Source of the DNA: Epithemia pelagica
Taxonomy: Eukaryota; Protista; Bacillariophyta
Assembly: GCA_946965045.2 (NCBI GenBank)
Contig: OX337228.1
Location: 2,976,001-3,040,000 of the forward strand
Length of the DNA: 64,000 bases
Reading direction: 5' to 3'
A program made the translations under genes and the position numbers. How positions within the stretch are numbered: the stretch's first letter is position 1; each line of letters begins with the position of its first letter. This document shows, piece after piece, positions 29,387-40,045 of the stretch. The notes under the pieces were generated by a model. The model was not told the origin of the DNA. It saw nothing but the letters and a program-made list of their open reading frames with translations, and did no database searches.

Positions 29387-31831
29387 TCAGCTTGCAGGGT
29401 TTTTGTCGTTTTCGCTTGCAGGGCTGGTTGTGGTCAATCCAGAGGACGGTTGGAGCACTGCTTGGATGGATGACCGCCCCAGAATCTCGTCATTGATATG
29501 TCTCAACTCATTCCAATCGTTCGTACCCACCGATGACAGCGCATGAGATGCAATGAAGTTGGCCGCGACAGCAATCAACAATCCTTCTGGCGTTCGATCC
29601 GTGTAAAAGAAGGCCCCAACCCAACAAGAGGCTTGGACCAAGGTGGATAACAATTGTATAATATAAGCAGTGCACATGATTTTGGATGTACTGGAATGAC
29701 CGAGTTCATGAAGAGCATGGTCCTGGAAATAATCGCGAATATCAGGTTCGACTGGCCGTCCTTCGGGTTGATTGACTTCTGCCTGGTACATAAAATCATC
29801 GTATACCACTAGATCGTCTTTTTTGTATTTCTTGCGAGGATCCCACGGCCCCACGGAATTTCCCATACTACCATCCACTGGTCCCAATAACGCCCACTCG
29901 TTGCTGAAATGGCTACTTATCGCAAAGTAGGTTCGATTCAGATACAGCATTTGTACAACCAACAACAACAAAGGAAGGGTAGCTAAATTCCATAGGTGCC
30001 AAAGAAAAGAGGTAGGATCGCGGATTTGTTTTTCCCAAAAAGGAAACTTGAGGTCAGATCGTGAAGGTGTCAGGAGCCCAGCAGGATATAGATCTTGAGC
30101 CAATCGATGAGGCAGTCGGCGTTCCGTCGACGGCAAGTGCCCTAAAGCTTGCGCCAAATAGTCTGATCTCGGCAACCATCCACAGCAGATCCAAATATCC
30201 AGCAATCGCCATAGTAAGACCATCCGGTTCACGCGTATTCGATTCTCTGTAGCAATAGGACTATGTCGTTCTGTCCATACTCGATGTTGGAGATAGTTGG
30301 ATTCAAGCGACAGGGTTGAAGAAAGCAAAGATGATGAAGCAGCGGATGAAGAGGATGATCCGCCCTTTTTGCCTCCATGATTGTGACCGGATTTACCTCC
30401 TCCAGTACCCACATTTCCGCCGGAATATGATTTGTTCAGTTTGGCATCCAATCTTACATCCTTCGCAACGTTGTTTCCAGCAATCTGATCTGGAATGGGT
30501 GGCATAATACGTGAAAAGAAGGAGACGCAAAGAAAGAAAAGGGTAATGGCTGCCACCACCGAAAATAGTTCAACGAGAGTGATGGGTCGATGTGGTATGT
30601 AGTTTCCAAGTCGTTTGATGCGATTGTCTTCGGATTTCATCTGCGCACTAAAGCCTGCCTGATACAAGGCTGTCGGAGACTGCAACACCGTTGGTTCTGT
30701 GTGGTACAATCGCAATTTCAGGGCCATGGGATACAAGACGATGCAACTCAGTACATTGGGCAATAAAAATTGCAATGTTGGACCATGGACCCATAGTAAT
30801 CCAAGGTAACGTCGTATCCAGTTGTTGCTGTTCGCACCAGCACCCGTGCGGCTACTACCACCACCACTGCTACCAAAGTTCGACCCTCCACGGTTTTTGT
30901 TACTGCCACTGCTCGAATTTGATGGGGTAGAAACATTGGATGCCCAAAAGGGAAACAATCCATTCCACTTTTCGGCCCAACCACTGGACATACTCTGCTT
31001 GTAGCCATGGTGGTGATGATGTAGGTTCCTGCCCGCATTTGTTGGCGACCCTTCGGGTTTTTTGTTGCTTTTATGCGGGGTACTACTGGCAGTGTTGTTG
31101 TCCCGCTGTTCCTCTTGCTCTTGCTGCTGTTGTAAGAGTCGTTGGCGTTGTTCTCGTTCCGATCGTTCCAGGAATCTCATCAACGGTAGCCAGAAACGAA
31201 CTTTCCAAATTTGAAATGGATAGTTAAATGAGTTCGATACTAGACCCACAAAGCTAGATTCGTCCCTTGATACAACCACAACAGGAGGAGTGATCAATGG
31301 CATCGTGTCTCTGTCGCCGTTTAAATCACCAAGGCCTATATTACTGCCCATGATGCCAGCTCCACTGGTACCCATACCACCTCCACCTGACGTCATCATG
31401 TGTAAATGTTGTTGTTGTTGGCGAGAGCTGGCGGACGCCGACGATTGGACAACAAAATATGAAGATGGATGGACGGATCGATCAAAGGTCTGGCCACCGG
31501 TAACATGACTTGTCAGAAAATGCGAGATCCATCCCCTTATGCTTGGAGTCCTTCCCTGCGACGAAGGATCCCATATACACATCAAACGGAACAACCAATA
31601 CTTGGATAGCCACAAAGTGTGTAACAGAAAAAATACATAATCGTTCCACTGTGTCAAGAAATCTTTCTTGTACAATCCCTTCATGCTGCTGGCCGTCAAC
31701 AATTCCAAACAGATCACCAGATACCATTCCAGTTCCAAGTGCTTCGTGCTTGGACCAAACATGTTGTAGAACCACCACTCGTTCATGATTACGACTCGAT
31801 CTTGCCTTCTTTTGTTCCGCAAACTCCTCAC
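29387..31831 (-). CDS. Multi-pass membrane protein, TMEM39-like
   Basis: 814-aa ORF with several TM segments. WDPRKKYKKDDLVVYDDFMYQA followed by two TM helices recalls the conserved WxxxxxxPQGxxVxHxxxLYxA region of TMEM39. The start may be the downstream MNEWW. Confidence 0.5.
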   Translation of the reverse strand: MRSLRNKRRQDRVVIMNEWWFYNMFGPSTKHLELEWYLVICLELLTASSMKGLYKKDFLTQWNDYVFFLLHTLWLSKYWLFRLMCIWDPSSQGRTPSIRGWISHFLTSHVTGGQTFDRSVHPSSYFVVQSSASASSRQQQQHLHMMTSGGGGMGTSGAGIMGSNIGLGDLNGDRDTMPLITPPVVVVSRDESSFVGLVSNSFNYPFQIWKVRFWLPLMRFLERSEREQRQRLLQQQQEQEEQRDNNTASSTPHKSNKKPEGSPTNAGRNLHHHHHGYKQSMSSGWAEKWNGLFPFWASNVSTPSNSSSGSNKNRGGSNFGSSGGGSSRTGAGANSNNWIRRYLGLLWVHGPTLQFLLPNVLSCIVLYPMALKLRLYHTEPTVLQSPTALYQAGFSAQMKSEDNRIKRLGNYIPHRPITLVELFSVVAAITLFFLCVSFFSRIMPPIPDQIAGNNVAKDVRLDAKLNKSYSGGNVGTGGGKSGHNHGGKKGGSSSSSAASSSLLSSTLSLESNYLQHRVWTERHSPIATENRIRVNRMVLLWRLLDIWICCGWLPRSDYLAQALGHLPSTERRLPHRLAQDLYPAGLLTPSRSDLKFPFWEKQIRDPTSFLWHLWNLATLPLLLLVVQMLYLNRTYFAISSHFSNEWALLGPVDGSMGNSVGPWDPRKKYKKDDLVVYDDFMYQAEVNQPEGRPVEPDIRDYFQDHALHELGHSSTSKIMCTAYIIQLLSTLVQASCWVGAFFYTDRTPEGLLIAVAANFIASHALSSVGTNDWNELRHINDEILGRSSIQAVLQPSSGLTTTSPASENDKNPAS

Positions 31832-32036
31832 TTGTGTCGGTCTTCATTGTGACAAGCTGAATCCAACGCCACACGTAGCAAAAGGAACAAAAGTGGGGTA
31901 GTCGGTGATCTCTACTCCTAGCTAGCTACCGCTACTAGAGTAGCTACTCCACTCTCGGGTCTCTAGACGAAAACGTTCTCGGACAATGACGAAAAGTAAG
32001 ATCCATATCAATAATGGACATTGCAAGTGCCATACG

Positions 32037-32078
32037 TAGTCATGTAGAATAGTCATGTAGAATAGTCATGTAGAATAG
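32037..32078 (+). repeat. 13-bp tandem repeat (TAGTCATGTAGAA) x3 in the LarB 3' region
   Basis: Units start at 32037, 32050 and 32063. Confidence 0.85.
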
Positions 32079-32190
32079 AGTCTGTAGAAGCGATCACTAT
32101 CGTATCAGCCAAGAAAGCGTTTTACGTTGTTGCCCAATAAGAATTTGGCTATTTCCAAGAAGTAGAAAATACAGAGTACGACACCCTTTG

Positions 32191-33357
32191 CTAGTTGGTA
32201 GTGTCAGACGGCTTGGAATCCACAGACCACGACCGAATCATTTTATAAGCCCAAGCCGCCGCCCCAAAGCCGTTGTCAATATTGACAACTCCTACACCAG
32301 GGCTGCAGCTATTCAGCATGGTCAACAGGGCGCTGACGCCACCAAAGGAGGCTCCATATCCGATACTGGTAGGAACGGCCATGACGGGTGTTGACACCAA
32401 GCCTCCCACGACACTCGGCAACGCTCCATCCATACCGGCGCAAACAATGACACAGCGGACCGATTCATGACGGAGCTTTGGCAAGGCCGTCAAAATGCGA
32501 TGCAATCCAGCAACGCCGGCATCGTAGACGCGATCGACGGCGACGGGGGGACTTTGACATGCTTCCAAAACCACTGCTACTTCTTCCGCCACAGCAATGT
32601 CCGTCGTACCGGCCGTCACAACCACCACACGATGCATCTCATTGTCCGTGTTTGGGGGTGAGCTCGGTGTTATCTTTGCCATGTCCCCTTTTGGAACCAT
32701 TCGCAAGACTCTTGAATGCGCATCGTACGACAGCGTTCCATATTCCAGAGGAGGGAGTCGTGAAATTTCTTCATATTGTTGAGTCGTAACTCTAATTGGT
32801 ATTCAGAAAAGACATATAAGACACCCTTTTGTTTGTTTGTTTGTTAATGGTGGAGGTAGGGAACACGCTCTTATCAACACTTACCGTGTTGCCAAAATGG
32901 CAGAATCGCGTGATGAGGAGTCAGGTTCTTTACCTGCTTCTGGATTAAACAATGTATTGTGTTTGGCCATGTGATCCAGAATGGCATGGACCTGTTCCGC
33001 AGTCTTATCTTGTGCAAAAATAACTTCTGGGAATCCAGTTCGTTTGGATCGGCCATGATCAATCTTGGCAAAGGATTGAACGAGATTCCAATCCGTTGGT
33101 GTTTTCTCGGATGATTGGTCGGTTCCAAGCCGTTGTTGCATTTGCGTAGACGCGTCATGGGGAGAAAGTTTTCCCTGAGACACTAGTTCGAGGATTTCCT
33201 CCAGAGATGATAATGATGATGATGATGACGAGAATGACGGAAAGGTTCGGTCGCCTCCAACAGGTCGTCCTCTTCGAAAAGCCGGTGTGTTTTGTACCCA
33301 CGGAGCAGCCCTGCACGACCTCGACAGACTTGAAATCAAATTGCGGCCAACTACCAT
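32191..33357 (-). CDS. larB: Nickel-pincer cofactor biosynthesis protein LarB (PurE-like NaAD carboxylase/hydrolase) with transit peptide; join(33357..32885, 32791..32191)
   Basis: [77 protein letters not shown] and [21 protein letters not shown] form the complete LarB signature. One GT-AG intron. Confidence 0.92.
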
Positions 33358-33665
33358 TGTTACGACCACTCCTTGCTGATATATATTATAAATGAAAGGA
33401 GAACTTAGGATCCCTTGATTTCTCGGTTGTTCTAGTGGTGGCAATTGGGACAATCCGAAATCCACGAAGAAGAGGGGAAATGACGTGAGTGCGTCCTTTG
33501 CGACTGAAACGAAAGTTCGCGAGTTGAGCAGACCACCTTTTGCTGTGAGTCGTGAAGGGACTAAGAATTTTGAAATTCAAAATTCAAATATATCCAGATC
33601 TGCCCGACCATCACCATCCATCACTCAACAATAGAAGATTTGTCGTTGGAAAAGGACATGGGACA

Positions 33666-34733
33666 ATGAGGAAACAGAGACTGGATCCTACCTTTTCTAC
33701 GCTTGTGAATACATCGATATTGTTGTGGGTGTCCTTCTTGACGCTTTCGGACCAAAACAATGTCGTCTTCGCACATGCCTTTCCATTGATGACGCCCAGC
33801 GCTCTCAAGACGACTACGACAGCGACATCCACGACATGTGGTACTTCACTGGTCTCATTGCATGCCATCATGTCGCGCCGTCGCCGGCCTTCTCGTGCAA
33901 GTGGGGGTGGTGCTCGTGGTCAGGATGAATTTCGGTCGAAACGTCAAGAACGAGTGGGACAATTGGTGCGAACCGAGTTGTCTCGTATCTTGCATACGGG
34001 GAATATCAAAGGCGACGTGACAGGTCACTTGGAAGCCGATTTACGGCAACGGATCAGTGTAGTGTCGGCTGACGTATCACCGGATTTACGACAAGCACGG
34101 ATCGCAGTTAGTATTCGAACACCCATGACTCGTCAGACTCAACAAACACTCTTTGGTCTACAAGAAGAAGAAGAAGAAGTTGATAATGATGTTGATGAAG
34201 GGCAAAGTGATAAGGAACCGATAGATCCGGCTGGTGCTTCATCGTCGTTGTCAAACGACAACGAGGTTGATCTGGACAGTGATGCACTGTATAATGATCA
34301 AGAAGACGAAAATGATGACATGTCATCGATGGATATGGATCCCACTGCTTCTGCAGTGTCATCGTCCTTTGCAGTGGACAAGCGTCGGGCATATTCCTGG
34401 TTGGTGAAGAATACCAAACCGATTCGTCATACATTGGCCCAACGAATGAGTCATTTGAAAACGTGTCCCAATCTGTCCTTTACGCAAGTCGATGTCGCTG
34501 CCGCCGTGGATGTTATGTACTTGATTGATCAAATTTCGGCCAAAGGTGCCAAACGACAATCGATTGACTGGTTGGATGGAGCACCCGTGGAGCCCAAGAG
34601 AACCAAAACGAAGAGCAGTGAAAGTGGCGACGACGACTTTGATGAGGATGATGATGACGACGACTTTCTGTTCATGGGAGATGATGATGATGACGACGAT
34701 TGGGTGGATGAAGACAAGGCGTACTTCTCATGA
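33666..34733 (+). CDS. rbfA: Plastid ribosome-binding factor A with a long acidic insertion
   Basis: RSKRQERVGQLVRTELSRIL, ISVVSADVSPDLRQARIAVS and IRHTLAQRMSHLKTCPNLSF. The presequence ends in AHA-F. Confidence 0.85.
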   Translation: MRKQRLDPTFSTLVNTSILLWVSFLTLSDQNNVVFAHAFPLMTPSALKTTTTATSTTCGTSLVSLHAIMSRRRRPSRASGGGARGQDEFRSKRQERVGQLVRTELSRILHTGNIKGDVTGHLEADLRQRISVVSADVSPDLRQARIAVSIRTPMTRQTQQTLFGLQEEEEEVDNDVDEGQSDKEPIDPAGASSSLSNDNEVDLDSDALYNDQEDENDDMSSMDMDPTASAVSSSFAVDKRRAYSWLVKNTKPIRHTLAQRMSHLKTCPNLSFTQVDVAAAVDVMYLIDQISAKGAKRQSIDWLDGAPVEPKRTKTKSSESGDDDFDEDDDDDDFLFMGDDDDDDDWVDEDKAYFS

Positions 34734-34816
34734 AATGGTTAAGTTTAGAGTTTTGTCTTGTACATAGAAAATGTGCGCTCCAATATAAGATGTTCAGTAT
34801 TATTCTTAAGCAAGTC

Positions 34817-35800
34817 TTAGGTAGCCATGGCGTTGTTCCTTTCTTCGGCATATTGATAATGCAAGTCATTGACATCAATGGCATGAATGACTTCCCATCC
34901 ACCTTGCTTCACATGATACAAGTTGTTGATACCTCCAGACGACGCATCGCGGAAGGTAGCATGATAAATCGCCCGTGTGCCCAACTCAATGGCTTCTTCC
35001 AAGGTCATATCTTCGCGATAATAAGTGTCCAACACTCCGTAGGCATAGGTCGATCCACTGCCAACCGAAAAGTATTTGCCCTTTAGACGGGTCCCTTCAT
35101 TATCCACGTAGTAAATATGAGGCCCTGTTTCATCCCATCCAGTAACCATGGTCCCCATCGACAACCCATATCCACGGTACGATGACATAACATTGGCCAA
35201 CAGCTTAGAAGCACCGGCTACGGAAATACGACGACCATTGCGCAATTCGTACAACCGACATTCCATACCAAGATTTCGTTCCCAAAACGAGCAGTCGGCG
35301 GCACCACCTGCCATGGTGCCCAACAAGAAGGGATTGATTTCAATAATCTTTTTCACCGTACCAGACGAAATGTAGTTTCCCTGCGTGGCACGAGAATCGA
35401 CCGAAACAATAATCCCGCCATTGAATTTGAATGCCAATGTTGTGGTTCCTTTGGCAAATTTCACATCTTGTTGCGCATCGGCCGTCCCACACGCAGAGGC
35501 AAAGTTTGTTCGACAGTAAAGAGCAGGCTAATAAAAGAGAACAATGAGGGAAGATGAACAGATGAAAACAACTCACGCAAAATATGAATGCATGATCGAT
35601 AGTGTGGCGTTTCGCAAACTTACGTCTGGGACATTGGGTACATCGAATTGCCCTGGTCGTCCAAAAGTGAGAGTAGGAATGTGCTCTTGCAAGGCATCAT
35701 CATTTTCCAGCATCGGGGTCACCTTTCTCCGGCTTCCCACGTTCAACACATCTCTACCAATTGTAAATGGTTGTCCACCACAGCCTAATTGCAAAGCCAT
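34817..35800 (-). CDS. PSMB5: 20S proteasome subunit beta 5; join(35800..35624, 35527..34817)
   Basis: The mature chain begins G|TTTLAF. Also [33 protein letters not shown] and DASSGG. The propeptide is split by a GT-AG intron. Confidence 0.95.
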
Positions 35801-36805
35801 TTTACAGTCAATCTCGTTTTGGTTGTTTCCGAAAACTCAACCAAGTGTCTTTTCTATGCCCTCTTGTCTTTGTTGAAATGCTTGCCGGTATGCCAAGCTA
35901 TGATGAGCTCTTTTTTTCCGCAGAGGCCAATTGGAAGCATGAAGACAACAGACAACCGAAAGATCACGAAAGATCTTGGACGATGGAAGCTAGGGTGTAC
36001 ATGTTGTCTTAAAGAAGTGCCGGGCTCTGGCTAGAATACTTGGCGTTAAAGGCCACTACCAAAACTATGGAAACCTTAGCAATACAAGCCGAAGGCTACA
36101 ATAGCACGAATTCTCCTAGGCCTACCAAGCATAGTGAGGCCCCTAGAGACGAAGATGAACGGCCCGCACAATATATGTACACACTAGTAGATGAGGTCCA
36201 GTATACCATTAGATTACGACAACAGATGCCTTGTCAATCGAGTTGAGAGAGCCTTGAGCTCAACTCCACCACCATCAATCCCGTCAGCTCCACCAACATG
36301 CATTGGTTCAAAACCAACGCTTCCTATCGAGGCAAAACCAACCACCAATTACAATAGAGAAATGATAAGCTTAACAACAGTGTCTGTAGCACCCTCTCTT
36401 GTTGCTTGTCGTAATTCATCTGCAAAACATTCTACAGTAACCAAAAAAGAACAGAATTGAGCACACCTGCAATTTTCTTCTTTTAGAAAGAATCAATCAA
36501 AGCTGGGACGAGGCCTCATTCAAGCCGCAAAGGTTCTCCTCAATCGCAATCAGACGGTAATTCCAATATGTAATGCATTAATCCTCAGCCTCTCCTCCGG
36601 TACCTCTTGAGGTTCTTGCTCTTGCGGACCATATGTACTCACCTGCTATTGTACTTAGCTCGACACCTCTGCCCTCTAGTGTGTGCAAATTTTGCGTGTG
36701 TGAGTGAGTAAAACAGAAGACAAGGACACCACCGACCCTATAAAATGTACAAGATACACAATCCTCTCCTTCCAAAATCCTTCCATGTCTTCCGTTTTGC
36801 GCATT

Positions 36806-36842
36806 TGTTTGTTTGTTTGTTTGTTTGTGTGTGTATGTGTGA
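36806..36842 (+). repeat. (GTTT)n/(GT)n microsatellite downstream of NF-YB
   Basis: ttgtttgtttgtttgtttgtttgtgtgtgtatgtgt is visible in the sequence. Confidence 0.75.
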
Positions 36843-36941
36843 GTCTCTATTTCCCCAATTGTATCGACCAGGACATCTTGGCCTCCCCATTGCCACAATC
36901 CGCAACTTTGCTCAACTTTTATTCTCCTTCCCAGTGTTTTG

Positions 36942-37483
36942 TTACTCTTGCGGTGCGGCATGTCCACGGGGATTGGAGGATCGAATCGCTTCTCGATATT
37001 TGGTGAGGTAAATTTTGAGTGGTTCAACATACTTGTCGAATCCGAGAGTCGACATAGCCCAAAGCAAATCATCTCCGTTAATGGTTTTGCGCTTTTCTTG
37101 TAAACACTTATCGGAGGCTTCGGATGTAATAAAGGATATAAATTCCGAGACGCATTCTTGAAAGGTTTCCTTTGAATCTTTGGCAATCTTGGCATTCTCG
37201 GGCAAGGCATTTTTCATAATGCGGGCAATGTTGGCCACAGGAAGGTAGCGATCCTACCCGAAATGAAAAGGAGAACCAGAAACACGATCGCAAGAGGGTG
37301 GATGAAATGCCATGAAGTAAAAATGGTTGAGAGGAGATATTCTCACCACCCTTTCTCCTGAGGAAATTCTCCCTATTTTGTATTTACCTGCTCTCGAATC
37401 TCCTCATATTCATCTCCCGGTTGCTGGCCTGGTTGGGAAGTAGCGGCCTCGTCGGGTTGCTGCTGGGCTTGTTCGGATGACAT
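36942..37483 (-). CDS. NFYB: Nuclear factor Y subunit B (HAP3), histone fold; join(37483..37388, 37253..36942)
   Basis: REQ|[43 protein letters not shown] and [19 protein letters not shown]. Confidence 0.95.
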
Positions 37484-37697
37484 GGTGGGTGTGAGCAACG
37501 CACAACTTGCGGCTTGCGACAGAAAAATGCTCTAAACTCCTTCCACGTGTAAGTCTGACGCATGGCCGTCGCACGAAGCATCCATCGTTCCTCCATTGAT
37601 GGGATGCAGATTGCTTTGTCTCCTTCTCGTCTGCGATGATACTGCTCGGAATTTAAGTTTTTTTCCTTTGGTACAATAGTCAAGTCCCCTTGAAAGA

Positions 37698-38141
37698 ATG
37701 AGTGCTGCCGCTGCGGCGACAAGTGGTTCGTCGGCTTCTGCCGTTCGAAGTGTGTATCGCGAGTTGTTTCACATGATTCGTAACATGAAAACACCTCAGG
37801 AACGGAGCAAGGCATTGCAGGAATTGCGAACCTCTTTTCGGGACACGAGTTCGACATTGACGGTGGAAGAACGATTGAAAAAGGCGCAAGATCGGGCCTC
37901 CTTTCTTCGTATCACCATGCCACAACATGGCAAACGACTGCGTGGCGATAACAGTGGAACTTGGGTGTACCGAGAAGGGGAGAAATTACAAAATGTGAAT
38001 GGTACCTTGCGAGATTCGAATGGCCGTGTACATACAAATTGGGATGGCAGCAATTTGGACCCTTGTAGTGTGAAGCGACACAAACATAGTCTCAAACGAG
38101 CTGGATTTGTCAACAATGCACATGCCAAGGGAATTTTCTAA
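37698..38141 (+). CDS. LYR-motif-like small mitochondrial protein
   Basis: VRSVYRELF...LQELRTSFR gives the LYR-like motif with its downstream Phe. 147-aa intronless ORF. Confidence 0.6.
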   Translation: MSAAAAATSGSSASAVRSVYRELFHMIRNMKTPQERSKALQELRTSFRDTSSTLTVEERLKKAQDRASFLRITMPQHGKRLRGDNSGTWVYREGEKLQNVNGTLRDSNGRVHTNWDGSNLDPCSVKRHKHSLKRAGFVNNAHAKGIF

Positions 38142-38429
38142 CTGAAGGGCAACATGCATTATAGTAAGGGGAAACGTTTGTGTTTTGAACCAGGTGCAAC
38201 CCATACCACCAAAGTATCAAAGACAGCGAACTTCTTCTTCGGTCGTGGGTGACCTGCCAGATCCGTTATGTCACAGTATGATGTACTTTCTCCTTGATTT
38301 AGCGTTTGCCTGCGGTAGTTTTCGACGTATTACGGATAGTTAAGTTTCTCCTTTTAGAACCACACATGAAGAGAGCACACAAATGTGTCTTGGTACACTC
38401 TAACCTCAAAGTAACATAGTAGCCTTACG

Positions 38430-39845
38430 TCACTTAGCAGTCTTTGGCTTTTTTGTCTTCGGTGCAAAGAAGGAATCAATCGAACCTTGTTTGGGGCCGC
38501 GACCACCGGAACTCTTTGTTTTGCGCTTAGTTGTGGATATGCTCGACGGCGTGGTAGTCGCTTTGACAGGGTTCCGTAAGGAGGCGTTGAATGACTTGAT
38601 TGGAGTCGTGGGTGGTTTCTCGTGTTGTACTTGTTTGACACACTCGACAAAAGGTCCCTTCTTCTTCTGGTCATCACTGTGGTCGTCCTGTATACATTGA
38701 AGAGATGGAGACTTGTTGTCATTCAGAGAGGATTTTGTTGATTGTTGCAGCGATGAACTGTTATTGACAGAAAAGAAGGAGGATAGTGTTTTGAATTTGG
38801 GGAGTGGCTGAATGGCTTTCCGTTCACGAAATTTGGTGGAGGACATGGCTGTGGTTACAGGATGCCATGCCAATCCAGGATGAATGTTTTGAGGATCATG
38901 TGCGTCGCGTTCCATCTCACGTTTGACCCGGTCTGTGGGATGGCGCAACCATTGTCTGGCCAACTCATCGTTCCATATACAAATGGGCATTCGACTGTGC
39001 AACCACTCCAGCGACGGACAGGCATGGGTCGTCAAGATGGTAAAGGTATCCAGAAACGGATCTTGTGTGCGACCTGTGGGTACTCGTGTCCATAATCCAG
39101 GTAGTAGCAAGTAGGGGCGTGTTGATCGAGCAGAAGGAGGGGCAGATGATTTGGTAGGTGAGGTGGTTGAAGGTTTTGCATGGACAAAGTATGGTTGTTT
39201 GACCTTCGGATTGTAAGGGTGTGGCTGTTTCCATTCAAAGAATCCATCCAGTGCAATGAGACAGGATTGTTTTCGGGCCGCCAGTTTGGAAAAGGTTGGT
39301 TTCTCAAAGAGAGTATCGGTTCGTGCATTGAACATTTGCAACTGAAAATGCGGATTCATTCCCGTTGGCAAGGGATGATTGGGTGTACCTCCTCGTGGCA
39401 CCAGACCCCACACTTTCCGTTCCATACGAATTTCCATTTCATCGTCTGTGCTAGTGTAGGGAGAGAATTTTGTTGGTGGTGATACCTTGTTCTTTGTCTT
39501 TGGTTTCAAAACAAAAACCATTGCATCCATTCCTGGACTCATATTGAAATTATCATGCCACTCGTAAGGATATTGTGGTTGATCTTGATCTGGTTGTCGT
39601 TGTGGCAGAGGGGTGTCCTGGAGTTTGTTGCGAGAGGCGGAGTGTTTCGACGGGTTGAAATTGGATTGCGTCATCTTGTCGTTGTCGCTGGACGTACCGC
39701 TAACTTGTTTCACCGAGACATTGTTGTCGCATGCCGATGTAGTAGCCTCTGCTGCTTGTTCTTGTTGTTGGTCAGTGAGACGAACGTGCAACGATGCGGC
39801 TGCCGCAAACACTGCCACTTGACTTTGTGCCGCTCTTCCACACAT
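38430..39845 (-). CDS. HMCES: SRAP-domain abasic-site processing protein (HMCES/YedK family)
   Basis: Starts MCGR (catalytic Cys2). Also WGLVP, MFNARTDT, CLIALDGFFEWK, FTILTT and WLHSRMP, plus a C-terminal PIP-box-like QGSIDSFF. Confidence 0.92.
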   Translation of the reverse strand: MCGRAAQSQVAVFAAAASLHVRLTDQQQEQAAEATTSACDNNVSVKQVSGTSSDNDKMTQSNFNPSKHSASRNKLQDTPLPQRQPDQDQPQYPYEWHDNFNMSPGMDAMVFVLKPKTKNKVSPPTKFSPYTSTDDEMEIRMERKVWGLVPRGGTPNHPLPTGMNPHFQLQMFNARTDTLFEKPTFSKLAARKQSCLIALDGFFEWKQPHPYNPKVKQPYFVHAKPSTTSPTKSSAPPSARSTRPYLLLPGLWTRVPTGRTQDPFLDTFTILTTHACPSLEWLHSRMPICIWNDELARQWLRHPTDRVKREMERDAHDPQNIHPGLAWHPVTTAMSSTKFRERKAIQPLPKFKTLSSFFSVNNSSSLQQSTKSSLNDNKSPSLQCIQDDHSDDQKKKGPFVECVKQVQHEKPPTTPIKSFNASLRNPVKATTTPSSISTTKRKTKSSGGRGPKQGSIDSFFAPKTKKPKTAK

Positions 39846-40045
39846 GGTCCAACAACAAAAAGGTGTGGATTGTGGAAGCAAAAAAGCCTACTGTATTATA
39901 GTATAGGTAGTTTTTCCAATAGCAGTACAGGAGCTACTCCTAGAGTCTATGGGAGTTAATCTATGTGAGCTCTATACTCCAAAATGCAACGGCAGTAGAA
40001 ATGATTCACCAACTCTTAGGTGCAGTCACCGTCGGGAGAAAGTCC

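Noticed and set aside
29780-29860. Chitin-binding CBM5/12-like motif (WDPRKKYKKDDLVVY) in the 814-aa membrane protein
   Set aside because: The context between TM segments fits the conserved TMEM39 region better, and there is no glycoside hydrolase domain.
32037-32078. CRISPR-like or regulatory array interpretation of the short tandem repeats
   Set aside because: They are head-to-tail repeats with no spacers, in a eukaryotic context with no cas genes.
8235-33357. CobW/COG0523 chaperone and LarB as a nickel-related gene cluster
   Set aside because: They are about 22 kb apart with a dozen unrelated genes between them. COG0523 is usually linked to Zn or Co, and nothing in the sequence ties the two.
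36578-36700. Extra coding exon for NF-YB (splice-like CAG|GTGAGT near 36645)
   Set aside because: The NF-YB frame already ends at TAA 36942 after a complete histone fold. This may be a UTR splice site but cannot be supported.
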